From Longimicrobiales bacterium (GTDB taxonomy: Bacteria; Gemmatimonadota; Gemmatimonadetes; Longimicrobiales; Gaopeijiaceae): DNA of 64,000 nt. The stretch spans positions 2,080,001-2,144,000 of the forward strand of contig OZ241869.1 of assembly GCA_965202805.1 (NCBI GenBank), in the 5' to 3' direction. This document shows, piece by piece, positions 1 through 9,265 of this stretch. A program made the translations under genes and the position numbers. The notes beneath the pieces are model-generated. The model was not told the origin of the DNA. It made no database searches and was given only the letters and a program-made list of their open reading frames with translations. The stretch's first letter is position 1. The number at the start of each line of letters is the position of its first letter.

Positions 1-139
1 GGCAGGCTCGCACTCAACCTGTGGATCAGTAGCAACCCCTGGATCGGCAGCAGCCCGTGGACGGACTCCCCCCGGCATTCGAGCGGCGATGCCTCCGAGT
101 CGCACCGCACGCGCCCGATCTCTTCCGAAGGAGCAAGAC

Positions 140-1543
140 ATGACATTCGATGCACGCGCGCGGCGTCGCTCAGGCGGCGCGGCGCTCTTCCTGCTTGTGT
201 TCGTCCCCGCGCTCGCGGAGGATCTGGCTGCCCAGAAGCCGGCCTACATCCCGGAAGACGTCCCGGCCCGCGTCCAGCCCCTGCCCTCCCTGCGCGAGCA
301 GGCGGCTGAGCAGCAGGAGTGGCTTGAGCTTCGCATCGGGCGGATTCTGCCGGCGCTGATGGCGGAATACGACGTGCGCATGTGGATCCTGTCGATGCGC
401 GAATACGCCGAGGATCCCGTCTTCTGGTCGATCACCTCGCCGACCACCTTCGCCGCCCGCCGGCGCTCGATCTACGTCTTCACCCGCCAGGACGACGGCA
501 CGGTGGAGCGGCTGGCGCTGGGCGGGACCGACCAGGGCGGGGTCTTCCAGGCGTACCGCTCCACCCGGCCGGCGCCCACCCAGCCCACCGCGGAACTGGT
601 CGGCAACGAGCAGTGGCGGCTGCTGCGCGAGCTGGTGGAGGACCGCGATCCCGAGAACATCGTCCTCAACATCGATCCCGACTGGGCCTTCTCCGACGGA
701 CTGCACGCCGGCGAGCGCGAGGAGCTGGAGGAGGCGCTGGGCCCGGAGCTGATGATGCGCGTGAAGCGCGAGCCGCGCCTGGCCATGAACTACATCGCCC
801 TGCGCCTGCCGGAGATGATGCCCCGCTACCGCAAGATCGAAGAGACGGTGCACGCGGTCATCTCGGAGGCGTTCTCGAACGCGGTGATCACGCCCGGGGA
901 AACCACCATCGAGGACGTGGAGTGGTGGATGCGCCAGCGGGTGCGCGACCTGGGCTATACGGTCTGGTTCCAGGCCAACGTGGACGTCCAGCGGGCGGGC
1001 GACGTGCCCACGGACGGCCCCGCGGTGATCGAGCGCGGCGACCTGCTCTGGACCGACTTCGGCGTGGTGGCCCAGAACCTCCACACCGACACCCAGCACC
1101 TGGGCTACGTCCTGCGCGAAGGCGAGACCGAGGTGCCCGCGGGGCTCCGGCAGTGCATGGCCAACTCGAACCGCCTCCAGGACATCCTGCTCGAGCACAT
1201 GGAGCCGGGGCTCACCGGCAACGTGATCCTGGCCAACACGCTGGCGCAGATGCGCGAAGAGGGCATCAACGGGACCGTCTACACGCACCCCATCGGCGAC
1301 CACGGCCACGGCGCCGGGCCGCTGATCGGGCGCTGGGACGGGCAGGAGGGGGTGCCGGTGCGCGGCGACGCGGTGCTGCTGCCCTCGACCTGGCACTCGA
1401 TCGAGCTGCAGGCCACGACCCCGATCCCGGAGTGGGACGGCAAGCCGGCGAGCTGCCGTCAGGAGGAGGAGGCGTACCTCGACGCCGACGGCGCGCGGCA
1501 CTGGGTGTTCCGCAGGCAGAGCCGGTTCCACATCGTGTGGTAG
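140..1543 (+). CDS. Secreted M24 family (Xaa-Pro aminopeptidase-like) metallopeptidase
   Basis: AAGGAG RBS before ATG 140; signal peptide; pita-bread metal ligands in DFGV..HTDTQH, THPIGDHGH, SIEL, QEE. Confidence 0.8.
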   Translation: MTFDARARRRSGGAALFLLVFVPALAEDLAAQKPAYIPEDVPARVQPLPSLREQAAEQQEWLELRIGRILPALMAEYDVRMWILSMREYAEDPVFWSITSPTTFAARRRSIYVFTRQDDGTVERLALGGTDQGGVFQAYRSTRPAPTQPTAELVGNEQWRLLRELVEDRDPENIVLNIDPDWAFSDGLHAGEREELEEALGPELMMRVKREPRLAMNYIALRLPEMMPRYRKIEETVHAVISEAFSNAVITPGETTIEDVEWWMRQRVRDLGYTVWFQANVDVQRAGDVPTDGPAVIERGDLLWTDFGVVAQNLHTDTQHLGYVLREGETEVPAGLRQCMANSNRLQDILLEHMEPGLTGNVILANTLAQMREEGINGTVYTHPIGDHGHGAGPLIGRWDGQEGVPVRGDAVLLPSTWHSIELQATTPIPEWDGKPASCRQEEEAYLDADGARHWVFRRQSRFHIVW

Positions 1544-1597
1544 GGACCGCCGGTCACGGGGGAATCGCCGCCTCCGCCACCTGTGACGGCTGGCAGG

Positions 1598-2176
1598 TCA
1601 GTTCGGAGTCGGCGGCGTGACGACCGCGAGGCGGCCGCCGTCGTCCGGGGTCACCAGGATCACGTCTCGCGCGTCCGCGGAGACGATGGTGCTGAGAACC
1701 ATGGCCGGGTCGCCGGAGGAGTCGGACGGGTCCGGGTTGGCGGCCGGGCTGGTGGTCGAATCGTCGAAGGACTGCGTCGGCGGGTCGGGAAGGAAGCTCA
1801 CTTCGAGCGCGTGACGCCCGGGCGGGATCGGGAAGCGCTCGTGGACGCTGACGGTGCGGGCCCGCGCGCTCGACCGACCCACCGGCCCGGCCCGGAGGGT
1901 GTCACCGTCCAGCAGAATCGTGAGCCGGAAGGACACCGCTTCGTCCGTGCACACCTCCGTCGGGCGCATGTGCGGGAGGACGCCCCTCAGTTCGGCCTCC
2001 GTCGGCGGACGGCATCGCCGGTTGGATGGAGCCGGGATGCGCCACGACACCCGCAGTTCGGCGGCGTCCCCGGCCGAGGAGCGCCACGCGACCCGGGACA
2101 GGAGGACGATCCCGAGCAGGACGGTCACCGTCAGGGCCACGGCCGCCAGCTTCCGCGTGAACGTCGCTGCGGTCAT
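1598..2176 (-). CDS. Hypothetical single-TM membrane protein, coupled to the cytochrome b/Fe-S gene
   Basis: ATG 2176 overlaps the upstream stop (ATGA); N-terminal hydrophobic helix; two Cys (RRC..EVC). Confidence 0.7.
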   Translation of the reverse strand: MTAATFTRKLAAVALTVTVLLGIVLLSRVAWRSSAGDAAELRVSWRIPAPSNRRCRPPTEAELRGVLPHMRPTEVCTDEAVSFRLTILLDGDTLRAGPVGRSSARARTVSVHERFPIPPGRHALEVSFLPDPPTQSFDDSTTSPAANPDPSDSSGDPAMVLSTIVSADARDVILVTPDDGGRLAVVTPPTPN

Positions 2177-3714
2177 CGGGCCGCCGCCTTCCCGGGCACC
2201 TCGCACTCCGTGTCGATGGCGATCCCGTCTTCCCGGGTGGGGGCGTCGAGGAGCCCCAGCTCGCTCGCGAAATCAGCCCGGGCGCTCGCGAGGGCCTGCT
2301 CGTCGAAGCCGGACGCGTAGACGACCCGTACTCTCCGCCGGTCGACGCGCGCCTGCAGCTCCGCCTCTCTTTCGTGGTACAGCCGCTCGACGAGCCACCG
2401 GGGCCCCTCCCGGCCCCAGCAGTCGCGGGGCGGACACGCCACCACCAGAACACCGCCCACCCCGGCGCGCACCAGGTACTCCACCACCGAACTGTGCAGG
2501 TTGCCCGCGCACGACACCAGGAAGCGGCGGGAGTCCCTCCCCTGGCCCGGACCGGCCGCGGACCGGCCGCACCCCACCACCACGATGTCCCCGCGCCCGA
2601 GCACCCGGCCTGCCGCGAACTCCCTGACGCGGCTCAGCTGGTCCCTGCCGGTGCGGCCGGGCGGCCCCACCCCCATGGGCGCGCACGACCCGGCGCAAAT
2701 GCCGCAACTGACGCAGGCGGCCGGATTCACGCGGGCGACCAGACCCTCGCGCCCGTCGGTGCGTTCGACCATCCGGATGGCGTCCCAGGGACAGTCCACG
2801 TAGCACTGCTCGCACCCGGTGCACAGGCGCGTCGACGCCACCGAGGGCGCCGGCCGGCGGTCGGCGCGGGGACGCGTCAGGAGCGGCACGGCCAGCAGGG
2901 CCGTCCCCACCACCGCCGCGGCGAGCCACACCACCCCGGCGGAGGCGGAGCGGGCCGCCGGCAGCCAGAAGGCGTAGAAGACGTCCAGCACCACCTCCCC
3001 GGGCACCCGCAGCAGCTCCGCCGCGGGCGCCAGCGGGACGGGCAGAAGAACCGCCGCCGCGACCAGCAGCCCGACCGTCCACCGGAGGAGCGGCCGCGGA
3101 GGCAGCATGACCGGCCGGGCGACCCGGGACACGTGCAGCCAGAGAAAGATCACGATGCCGACCGGCAGCGCGATGTGCAGGAAGAGGTTCATGAAGAAGA
3201 AGGCGGCGGGCAGCGGGTCGGCGCCCGAGAAAGTCCGGGATATCGGTTCGGAGAAGAGCGGCAGGGCGTCGAGCAGCCGCGCACCCTCGGCGGCGAGCAA
3301 CTGCCCCTGCGCGTCCCACACCATCACGTAGCCCGTCCAGCCGCAGACGTACAGCAGGAACACCAGGAAGACGCCCGAAACCCAGGCGAGCGCGCGCGGC
3401 CCCCAGCTGCGGCCCTGGCAGAACATCCGCAGGGCGTGGGCGGCCGCGGCGACCACGGCCAGGTCCGCCGCGTACCGGTGGAGCGACCGAATCCAGCGCC
3501 CTCCCCACACCTGGGCATCGATGCGGGCGACGGATTCCCAGGGTGCCCCGATGCGGTAGAACAGGACCAGATAGAGCCCGGTGACGAGCACGACCGCCAG
3601 GCACGCCACCACCAGCGCGCCGGACTGGTAGAGCGGGTTCCACTTCCAGCCATGGAGGCGGTCCACCCAGGAGTCGACGCGCCGCAGGGATTGCCCGAGG
3701 ATTCGCTTGAGCAT
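2173..3714 (-). CDS. Cytochrome b (N-terminal domain) - 2x[4Fe-4S] ferredoxin - MvhD/FlpD-like fusion protein
   Basis: Two His pairs 14 residues apart (SLH..AAH; FLH..WLH); CTGCEQCYVDCP and CVSCGICAGSCA; C-terminal VVGC..VSCAG..ACPPRDC pattern. Confidence 0.85.
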   Translation of the reverse strand: MLKRILGQSLRRVDSWVDRLHGWKWNPLYQSGALVVACLAVVLVTGLYLVLFYRIGAPWESVARIDAQVWGGRWIRSLHRYAADLAVVAAAAHALRMFCQGRSWGPRALAWVSGVFLVFLLYVCGWTGYVMVWDAQGQLLAAEGARLLDALPLFSEPISRTFSGADPLPAAFFFMNLFLHIALPVGIVIFLWLHVSRVARPVMLPPRPLLRWTVGLLVAAAVLLPVPLAPAAELLRVPGEVVLDVFYAFWLPAARSASAGVVWLAAAVVGTALLAVPLLTRPRADRRPAPSVASTRLCTGCEQCYVDCPWDAIRMVERTDGREGLVARVNPAACVSCGICAGSCAPMGVGPPGRTGRDQLSRVREFAAGRVLGRGDIVVVGCGRSAAGPGQGRDSRRFLVSCAGNLHSSVVEYLVRAGVGGVLVVACPPRDCWGREGPRWLVERLYHEREAELQARVDRRRVRVVYASGFDEQALASARADFASELGLLDAPTREDGIAIDTECEVPGKAAAR

Positions 3715-3818
3715 GGTGGTGTTCGCCGATTCGGCCGGAATGGACGTCGGGGGATCGCGCTCGCGTCCGCCTCCAGCCGCAACCGATTTCAGCCGGTTTC
3801 GCCGGAGGCCGCGAACGC

Positions 3819-3860
3819 TTGCGCGAGCATAAGTACCATATCATCATGACCTTATCCAGC
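3819..3860. promoter_or_regulatory. AT-rich divergent promoter/operator candidate
   Basis: TTGCGC at 3819 followed by TATCAT/CATCAT; ATAAG(3829)...CTTAT(3855) dyad. Confidence 0.35.
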
Positions 3861-3963
3861 ATAGAGCACCGCGACGTGACCGAAGGCTCGCATGACCTCC
3901 AGGACGGCCGGCAACGCCCTTCCGGGGCGCGCCTGACCCCCAAACCCGAAGGAGCGCACACCC

Positions 3964-4149
3964 ATGGCCGACTCCGTCTCCCCTTCACCGCCCCCGGGTG
4001 ACGAGGACGGGACCCCGGTTCCCCTCATGCAACGCCTCTACGACAGCCCGTTCCTGCTTCTCGCCGCGTGCATCCTGGTGATGTTCGTGTTCTTCACGGC
4101 GTGGGGCATGATCGAAATCATGTCGCTCGAACCCGCACCTTTGCCGTAG
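3964..4149 (+). CDS. Small single-TM protein leading the heme-copper operon
   Basis: GAAGGAG RBS; QRLYDSPFLLL followed by a TM helix; directly upstream of subunit II. Confidence 0.75.
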   Translation: MADSVSPSPPPGDEDGTPVPLMQRLYDSPFLLLAACILVMFVFFTAWGMIEIMSLEPAPLP

Positions 4150-4164
4150 GGAGGGCCGCCGCCG

Positions 4165-4728
4165 ATGTACCGAACGGGAATCGAACCGCCGGAACGGATC
4201 TGGTGGAAGAAGATCGACCGCCACGAGAAGGTATGGGTGTGGATCGCCTTCGCGTGGTGCATGGTGCTCTTCGCGATGATGCCCCTCTGGCACCTGCGGG
4301 GCGGCCAGAACCCCTCCGGGATCCGGCACCGGGTGGAGCCGGCCGACTACCAGGCGAGGGTCACGGAGTTCATCCGGGAATACCAGGTGGGCACCGACAG
4401 CGGCTTCCCCGTAGTCGAACCGCCTCCGGGAAGCGATGTCTACCTGCAGGCGACGAGCTTCGCCTGGATGCCGGTGCTGCGGTTGCAACAGGGAGCCGAG
4501 TACGTCCTCCATCTCTCGTCGCTGGACGTGAACCACGGGTTCAACCTGTACCCCCTCAACATCAATTTCCAGGTCGTTCCCGGATATGACTACGGCCTCC
4601 GGGTGGTCCCCAACGAGCCCGGTGAGTTCCACATCATATGCAACGAGTTCTGCGGAATCGGCCACCACCTGATGGTCGGCAAGATCATCGTCGAGCCGGC
4701 GGACGCGGAACAGGAAGGTGACCTGTGA
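4165..4728 (+). CDS. Heme-copper oxidoreductase subunit II (CuA), B-family/eNOR-like
   Basis: One TM helix plus cupredoxin domain; DVNHGF and CNEFCGIGHHLM CuA motif; GGGAGG RBS. Confidence 0.9.
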   Translation: MYRTGIEPPERIWWKKIDRHEKVWVWIAFAWCMVLFAMMPLWHLRGGQNPSGIRHRVEPADYQARVTEFIREYQVGTDSGFPVVEPPPGSDVYLQATSFAWMPVLRLQQGAEYVLHLSSLDVNHGFNLYPLNINFQVVPGYDYGLRVVPNEPGEFHIICNEFCGIGHHLMVGKIIVEPADAEQEGDL

Positions 4729-6446
4729 ACATCTTCCGGACCTGCCCGACGACCGGCCTTCAGGTGCATCGAACCGCCGACCGCCTCATTCAGGCCAACG
4801 CGGTCGCGGCGACCGTGGCGCTCCTCATCGGGGGAATCGCGGCGCTGCTCGTCCTGCTGACGCGCTGGGAGGCCGTCCTCCTCCTCGACGCCGGCATGTT
4901 CTACCGCATGCTCACCGTGCACGGCATGAACATGCTCATCTTCTTCATCATCTTCTTCGAGATGGCCGTGCTCTACTTCGCGTCCGCCGTCCTGCTCAAC
5001 TGCAGGGTGCCGGCGCCCAGGGCCGGCTGGATCGCCTTCGCGCTCATGGTCGGCGGGGCGCTCATGGTCGAGTGGACGATGTGGACGGGCCGCGCCGACG
5101 TCCTGTTCACCTCCTACGTGCCGCTGCGGGCCCACCCGCTCTTCTATCTGGGGGTGATCCTGTTCGCGGTCGGCGCCCTGACCGTGGTCGGCCATTTCTT
5201 CGGCATCCTGACCGTGGCCAGGCGCGAGAATGCGTACGAGGGGTCGATGCCGCTGGTCACCTTCGGAGCACTCACCGCGGCCGCGATCGCGGCGGTCACC
5301 CTGCTGCACGGGGCGATCATCTACATCCCCACCTTCCTCTGGTCCCTCGGCCTCATGGAGGTCGATCCCCAGATGTACCGCCTGATCTGGTGGGGGCTCG
5401 GCCACTCCTCGCAGCAGATCAACGTGGCCGCCATGGTCTCGATCTGGTATCTGCTGGGCGCGCTCACGGTGGGCGCCGTGGTCCTGAACGAGAAAGTCAG
5501 CCGCACGGCGTTCGTCCTCTACGTCCTCTTCATCTCGATGGCCTCCGCGCACCACCTGCTGGTCGACCCCGGGATGGGACCGGCGTGGAAGATCTGGAAC
5601 ACCAGCTACTTCATGTACATGGCCGTTCTGGCCTCGATGCTCCACGGCTTCACCGTACCGGCCGGCATCGAATTGGGAATGCGCCTGCGGGGGGCGACCC
5701 AGGGGCTCTTCGGGTGGCTGAAGCGGGCCCCCTGGGGCGATCCCGGATTCAGCTCGCTGGTCTTCTCCATCGTGGTGTTCGGCTTCGTGGGCGGGATCAC
5801 GGGAGTGACCTTCGGCACCGAACAGATCAACATCATCGCCCACAACACGCTGCGGATTCCCGGCCACTTCCACGCCACCGTGGTGTCGGGGACGGCGATG
5901 GCCTTCATGGGGATCACCTACTACGTCATTCCGCTCATCTTCCGGCGCGAGATCGCCTTCTACCCGCTGGCCCGCATCCAGCCCTACCTGTTCGCCGTCG
6001 GCATGCTGGTGTTCTCGATGGCGATGACCTTCGCGGGCACCTTCGGCGTTCCGCGCAGGCACTGGAACGCCTCGTTCACGGGCGCGGTCTTCCAGCCCGA
6101 GTTCTCGCCCGCCGTCAACCTGATCATCGGCGTGATGGCGGTGGGCGGGCTGATCGCCATCGCCGGCGGCGCCATCTACATCGTGGTGACGGTGGTGTCG
6201 GTGTTCTTCGGGAAGAAGATGGCCGCGGACGATTCGGGGCTGGGCGCCGAGAGACGCGGTCTGCCTCCGGGCATCACCCATCCGCCACGCGCCCTGGTGG
6301 CGGAGGACAGCGAGGCGCTCGAACCCTCGGGCCGCATGGGACCGGTGCCGGGGACGATGGTGCTGGTGTTTATCTTCCTGGCCGCGTTCATCACCTACTA
6401 CTTCGTGAACTGGACGCTGCTTTCGTTCCTGTGGGAGGTCGGATGA
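4725..6446 (+). CDS. Heme-copper superfamily subunit I, probably an eNOR-type nitric oxide reductase
   Basis: All six His ligands (TVHG, GHSSQQ, AHH, GHFH); Gln at the cross-linked Tyr position; GTEQIN glutamate; PRR; GTG start overlaps the subunit II stop. Confidence 0.85.
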   Translation: MNIFRTCPTTGLQVHRTADRLIQANAVAATVALLIGGIAALLVLLTRWEAVLLLDAGMFYRMLTVHGMNMLIFFIIFFEMAVLYFASAVLLNCRVPAPRAGWIAFALMVGGALMVEWTMWTGRADVLFTSYVPLRAHPLFYLGVILFAVGALTVVGHFFGILTVARRENAYEGSMPLVTFGALTAAAIAAVTLLHGAIIYIPTFLWSLGLMEVDPQMYRLIWWGLGHSSQQINVAAMVSIWYLLGALTVGAVVLNEKVSRTAFVLYVLFISMASAHHLLVDPGMGPAWKIWNTSYFMYMAVLASMLHGFTVPAGIELGMRLRGATQGLFGWLKRAPWGDPGFSSLVFSIVVFGFVGGITGVTFGTEQINIIAHNTLRIPGHFHATVVSGTAMAFMGITYYVIPLIFRREIAFYPLARIQPYLFAVGMLVFSMAMTFAGTFGVPRRHWNASFTGAVFQPEFSPAVNLIIGVMAVGGLIAIAGGAIYIVVTVVSVFFGKKMAADDSGLGAERRGLPPGITHPPRALVAEDSEALEPSGRMGPVPGTMVLVFIFLAAFITYYFVNWTLLSFLWEVG

Positions 6447-7468
6447 GAGAGGGGAGGGACGGTAGCGGGGCCGCCGCCGGGGCTGCCGCGGGCGGGGAGG
6501 GCCACGGGCCGACGGGCGTGAACGGTGCGCCCTCGTACGCGGCCGTTCGCGGGGCGATGGCGGCGATGGCGGCGCTGCTCGCGATCACGGTCGCGTGGTG
6601 GGCACTGGCGCTCTGGCCGGTGGCGGGGGTCCCGCCGGCGTGGCTGGAGCGTGCCCGCCAGGTGTGCTTCAACGCGGGTCCCTCAGGTCTCCCCGACGCG
6701 TCCGGATGGATGCTCCTGGTGGGCCAGCCCATCGGCATGCTGGCGGTGCTGATGGTTGTCGCGGGGGATGCGGTGCGGGCGGGGCTGCGGCGGGCGCGGG
6801 GCAAACCGGCGGGCCGGGTTGCGCTCGCGGCGGCCGCCGGGGCGGTCGTGGCGGGGGCGGCGCTGGCCGGGGTGCGCGTCGCATCGGTTCCGGGGGACGC
6901 GGAGTGGCTGGAGGCCGCCCGCGCCGAGGTGCCCGCCACCTACCCGCGCCTGGACCGCCGCCTTCCGGCCATCGAGCTCGTCGACCAGCGCGGCGAAGCG
7001 TTCACGTGGGAGCGCATCGCGGGCCGCCCGGCGCTCCTCACCTTCGGCTTCGGGCACTGCGAGACCGTCTGTCCCATGACGGTCATGAACGCGCGCCGGG
7101 TCCAGGACCGGTTCCGGGGGGAGGGCCGGAAGATGGCGCTGGTGGTGATCACGCTCGATCCCTGGCGCGACACCCCGTCCCGGCTTCCCGCCCTGGCGCG
7201 ACAGTTCCACCTCGGCGGCGAGGGTTCGCATGCGAATGCGGAGGAAGGCGGCGAAGGCGGGGAGGGCGCGGGGTCCTTCCTGCTTTCCGGCTCGGTAGAT
7301 GAGGTCAACGCGGCGCTGGACGCGCTGCAGGTGGCTCGCGAGCGGGTGCCGCGCACGGGAGACATCGTGCACCCGGCTCTCGTGTACCTGCTGGACGCGG
7401 AGGGTACGGTGGCCTACGCCGCGAGCGCGCACGCCGACCTGATCGAGGAGCTGGCGCGCCGCATGTAG
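6443..7468 (+). CDS. SCO1/SenC copper chaperone with N-terminal membrane domain
   Basis: HCETVCP (CxxxC), DPWRD, distal His in IVHPALVYL; ATGA overlap with subunit I (true start may be slightly downstream). Confidence 0.85.
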   Translation: MREGRDGSGAAAGAAAGGEGHGPTGVNGAPSYAAVRGAMAAMAALLAITVAWWALALWPVAGVPPAWLERARQVCFNAGPSGLPDASGWMLLVGQPIGMLAVLMVVAGDAVRAGLRRARGKPAGRVALAAAAGAVVAGAALAGVRVASVPGDAEWLEAARAEVPATYPRLDRRLPAIELVDQRGEAFTWERIAGRPALLTFGFGHCETVCPMTVMNARRVQDRFRGEGRKMALVVITLDPWRDTPSRLPALARQFHLGGEGSHANAEEGGEGGEGAGSFLLSGSVDEVNAALDALQVARERVPRTGDIVHPALVYLLDAEGTVAYAASAHADLIEELARRM

Positions 7469-7550
7469 AGTGCGTCCCCGGGCGCGGCCACGCTCGCCGC
7501 CGGCCGCGACCCGGGACGGACGAAGCTTCCCCCGACCGGGACGGACCAAC

Positions 7551-9197
7551 ATGAAGACGACACGAATCACGATGCGAGGATGGGCCCTGGCGGCCCGTGG
7601 ACGAACTTCCCGCGGTATTCGAGCCGGGATGCTCCTGGCCTCCGCCGCCGCGCTGGCGGATTCGGCACAGCTTGCGGCAGCGCAGGGACTCGCCGTGCCG
7701 GATCCCGTACTCGAGGGCATCTGGACCGAGGCGATGGAAAACTCGCAGATCGAGCCCATGGGACAGGTGCTGCTGGACGCCATCGGCCCGCGGCTCACCG
7801 GCTCGCCGCACATGGAGCGGGCCCAGGAATGGGCGGTCTCGATGCTGGCCGGCTGGGGCGTGGAGGCCCGCACCGAGGAGTACGGCACCTGGGAGGGATG
7901 GGACCGCGGAGCCAGCCACGTGGACCTGGTGTCGCCGCGGGTGCGCTCGCTGGAGGGGCGCATCCTGGCCTGGAGCCCCGGGACCGGAGGTGAGCCGGTG
8001 GAGGGCGGGGTCGCCGTCCTCCCGGAGATGCGCTCGCCGGCGGATTGGCAGGCGTTTCTGGGCTCGGTGAGCGGCAAGTGGGTGATGCTCTCCTTCCCGC
8101 AGCCGACCTGCCGCGCGGACGAGCAGTGGGTCGAGTTCGCGCAGGAGGGCTCGTACGAGACCATGGCCGAGGCGCGCTCCGGAGCCAACCGGGCGTTCAA
8201 CCAGAGCCTGGCCGCCACCGGATCGCGCGATCCGCGCCGCCGCGACCTGCACGCGCAGATCGAGGAGGCGGGCGCGCTCGGCATCGTGACCTCGCTCTGG
8301 CCGGGCTCCTACGGGACCACGCGCGTCTTCAACGCCTACAACCGCGAGGCGCCCACCTTCGAGCTGGGGTGCGAGGACTACGGGCTCGTCCATCGCCTGG
8401 CCGCCAACGGACAGGAGCCGGTGCTGCGTCTGACCGCGGAAGCCGAGAATCTGGGCGAAGTGCCGGTGTCGAACGTCATCGGCACCATCCCGGGGACCGA
8501 GCTCCCGGACGAGTACGTCATGCTCTCGGCCCACTTCGACTCGTGGGAGGGCGGATCGGGCGCCACCGACAACGCGACCGGCTCGCTGCTCATGCTCGAG
8601 ACCATGCGCATCCTGTCCGCCGTGTATCCGAACCCGAAGCGCACCATCCTCATCGGGCTCTGGAACGGGGAGGAACAGGGGCTCAACGGCTCGCGCGCCT
8701 TCAGCGAGGACCATCCCGAGGTGGTGGAGGGGCTGCAGGTGCTCTTCAACCAGGACAACGGCACCGGGCGGGTGGTGAACATCTCCGCCCAGGGGTTCAC
8801 GGAGGTGGGATCGTCGCTCGCGCGATGGCTGACGCGGGTTCCGGTCGAGGTCTCCGGTCACGTGAGCCTGAGGCTCCCGGGCAACCCCGGCGGAGGCGGC
8901 TCGGACTACGCCTCCTTCGTCTGCCACGGCGCGCCCGGCATCAACCTGAGCGCGCTGTCATGGGACTACGGGTCGCACACCTGGCACACCCACCGCGACA
9001 CCTTCGACAAGCTCGTCTTCGACGACCTGAAGAACAACGCGGTGCTGGCCGCCTCGCTGGTCTACCTGGCTTCCGAGGACGACCGGCGGGTGAGCCGCGA
9101 ACGGCGCGAGCTGATCATGGGGCTGGGGGGGACCGGCGGGCGCTGGCCGGAGTGTACGCCCGCGGTGCGGAGTTCGCTGGACAGCCAGCGGATGTAG
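7551..9197 (+). CDS. Secreted M28 family metallopeptidase
   Basis: IGPRLTGS, SAHFDSW, GATDNATG, GEEQGL, GSDY, WHT motifs. Confidence 0.9.
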   Translation: MKTTRITMRGWALAARGRTSRGIRAGMLLASAAALADSAQLAAAQGLAVPDPVLEGIWTEAMENSQIEPMGQVLLDAIGPRLTGSPHMERAQEWAVSMLAGWGVEARTEEYGTWEGWDRGASHVDLVSPRVRSLEGRILAWSPGTGGEPVEGGVAVLPEMRSPADWQAFLGSVSGKWVMLSFPQPTCRADEQWVEFAQEGSYETMAEARSGANRAFNQSLAATGSRDPRRRDLHAQIEEAGALGIVTSLWPGSYGTTRVFNAYNREAPTFELGCEDYGLVHRLAANGQEPVLRLTAEAENLGEVPVSNVIGTIPGTELPDEYVMLSAHFDSWEGGSGATDNATGSLLMLETMRILSAVYPNPKRTILIGLWNGEEQGLNGSRAFSEDHPEVVEGLQVLFNQDNGTGRVVNISAQGFTEVGSSLARWLTRVPVEVSGHVSLRLPGNPGGGGSDYASFVCHGAPGINLSALSWDYGSHTWHTHRDTFDKLVFDDLKNNAVLAASLVYLASEDDRRVSRERRELIMGLGGTGGRWPECTPAVRSSLDSQRM

Positions 9198-9265
9198 GGG
9201 GAGGGGCCGGAGGCCGACCGTCGCGACCGCGAAGACAAGAGCGCCTTCCGGCGGTTGACCGGGCC

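Noticed and set aside
22..69. Imperfect 18-bp tandem repeat (TGGATCRGYAGCARCCCS) at the window start
   Set aside because: Only about 2.5 degenerate copies at the window edge; no context to interpret
4725..6446. Calling this a conventional cytochrome c oxidase (coxA/ctaD/cbaA)
   Set aside because: The helix VI cross-link Tyr is replaced by Gln
4718..7468. 916-aa ORF in the track
   Set aside because: The 5' part is an off-frame shadow of subunit I; only the SCO part from about 6443 is protein-like
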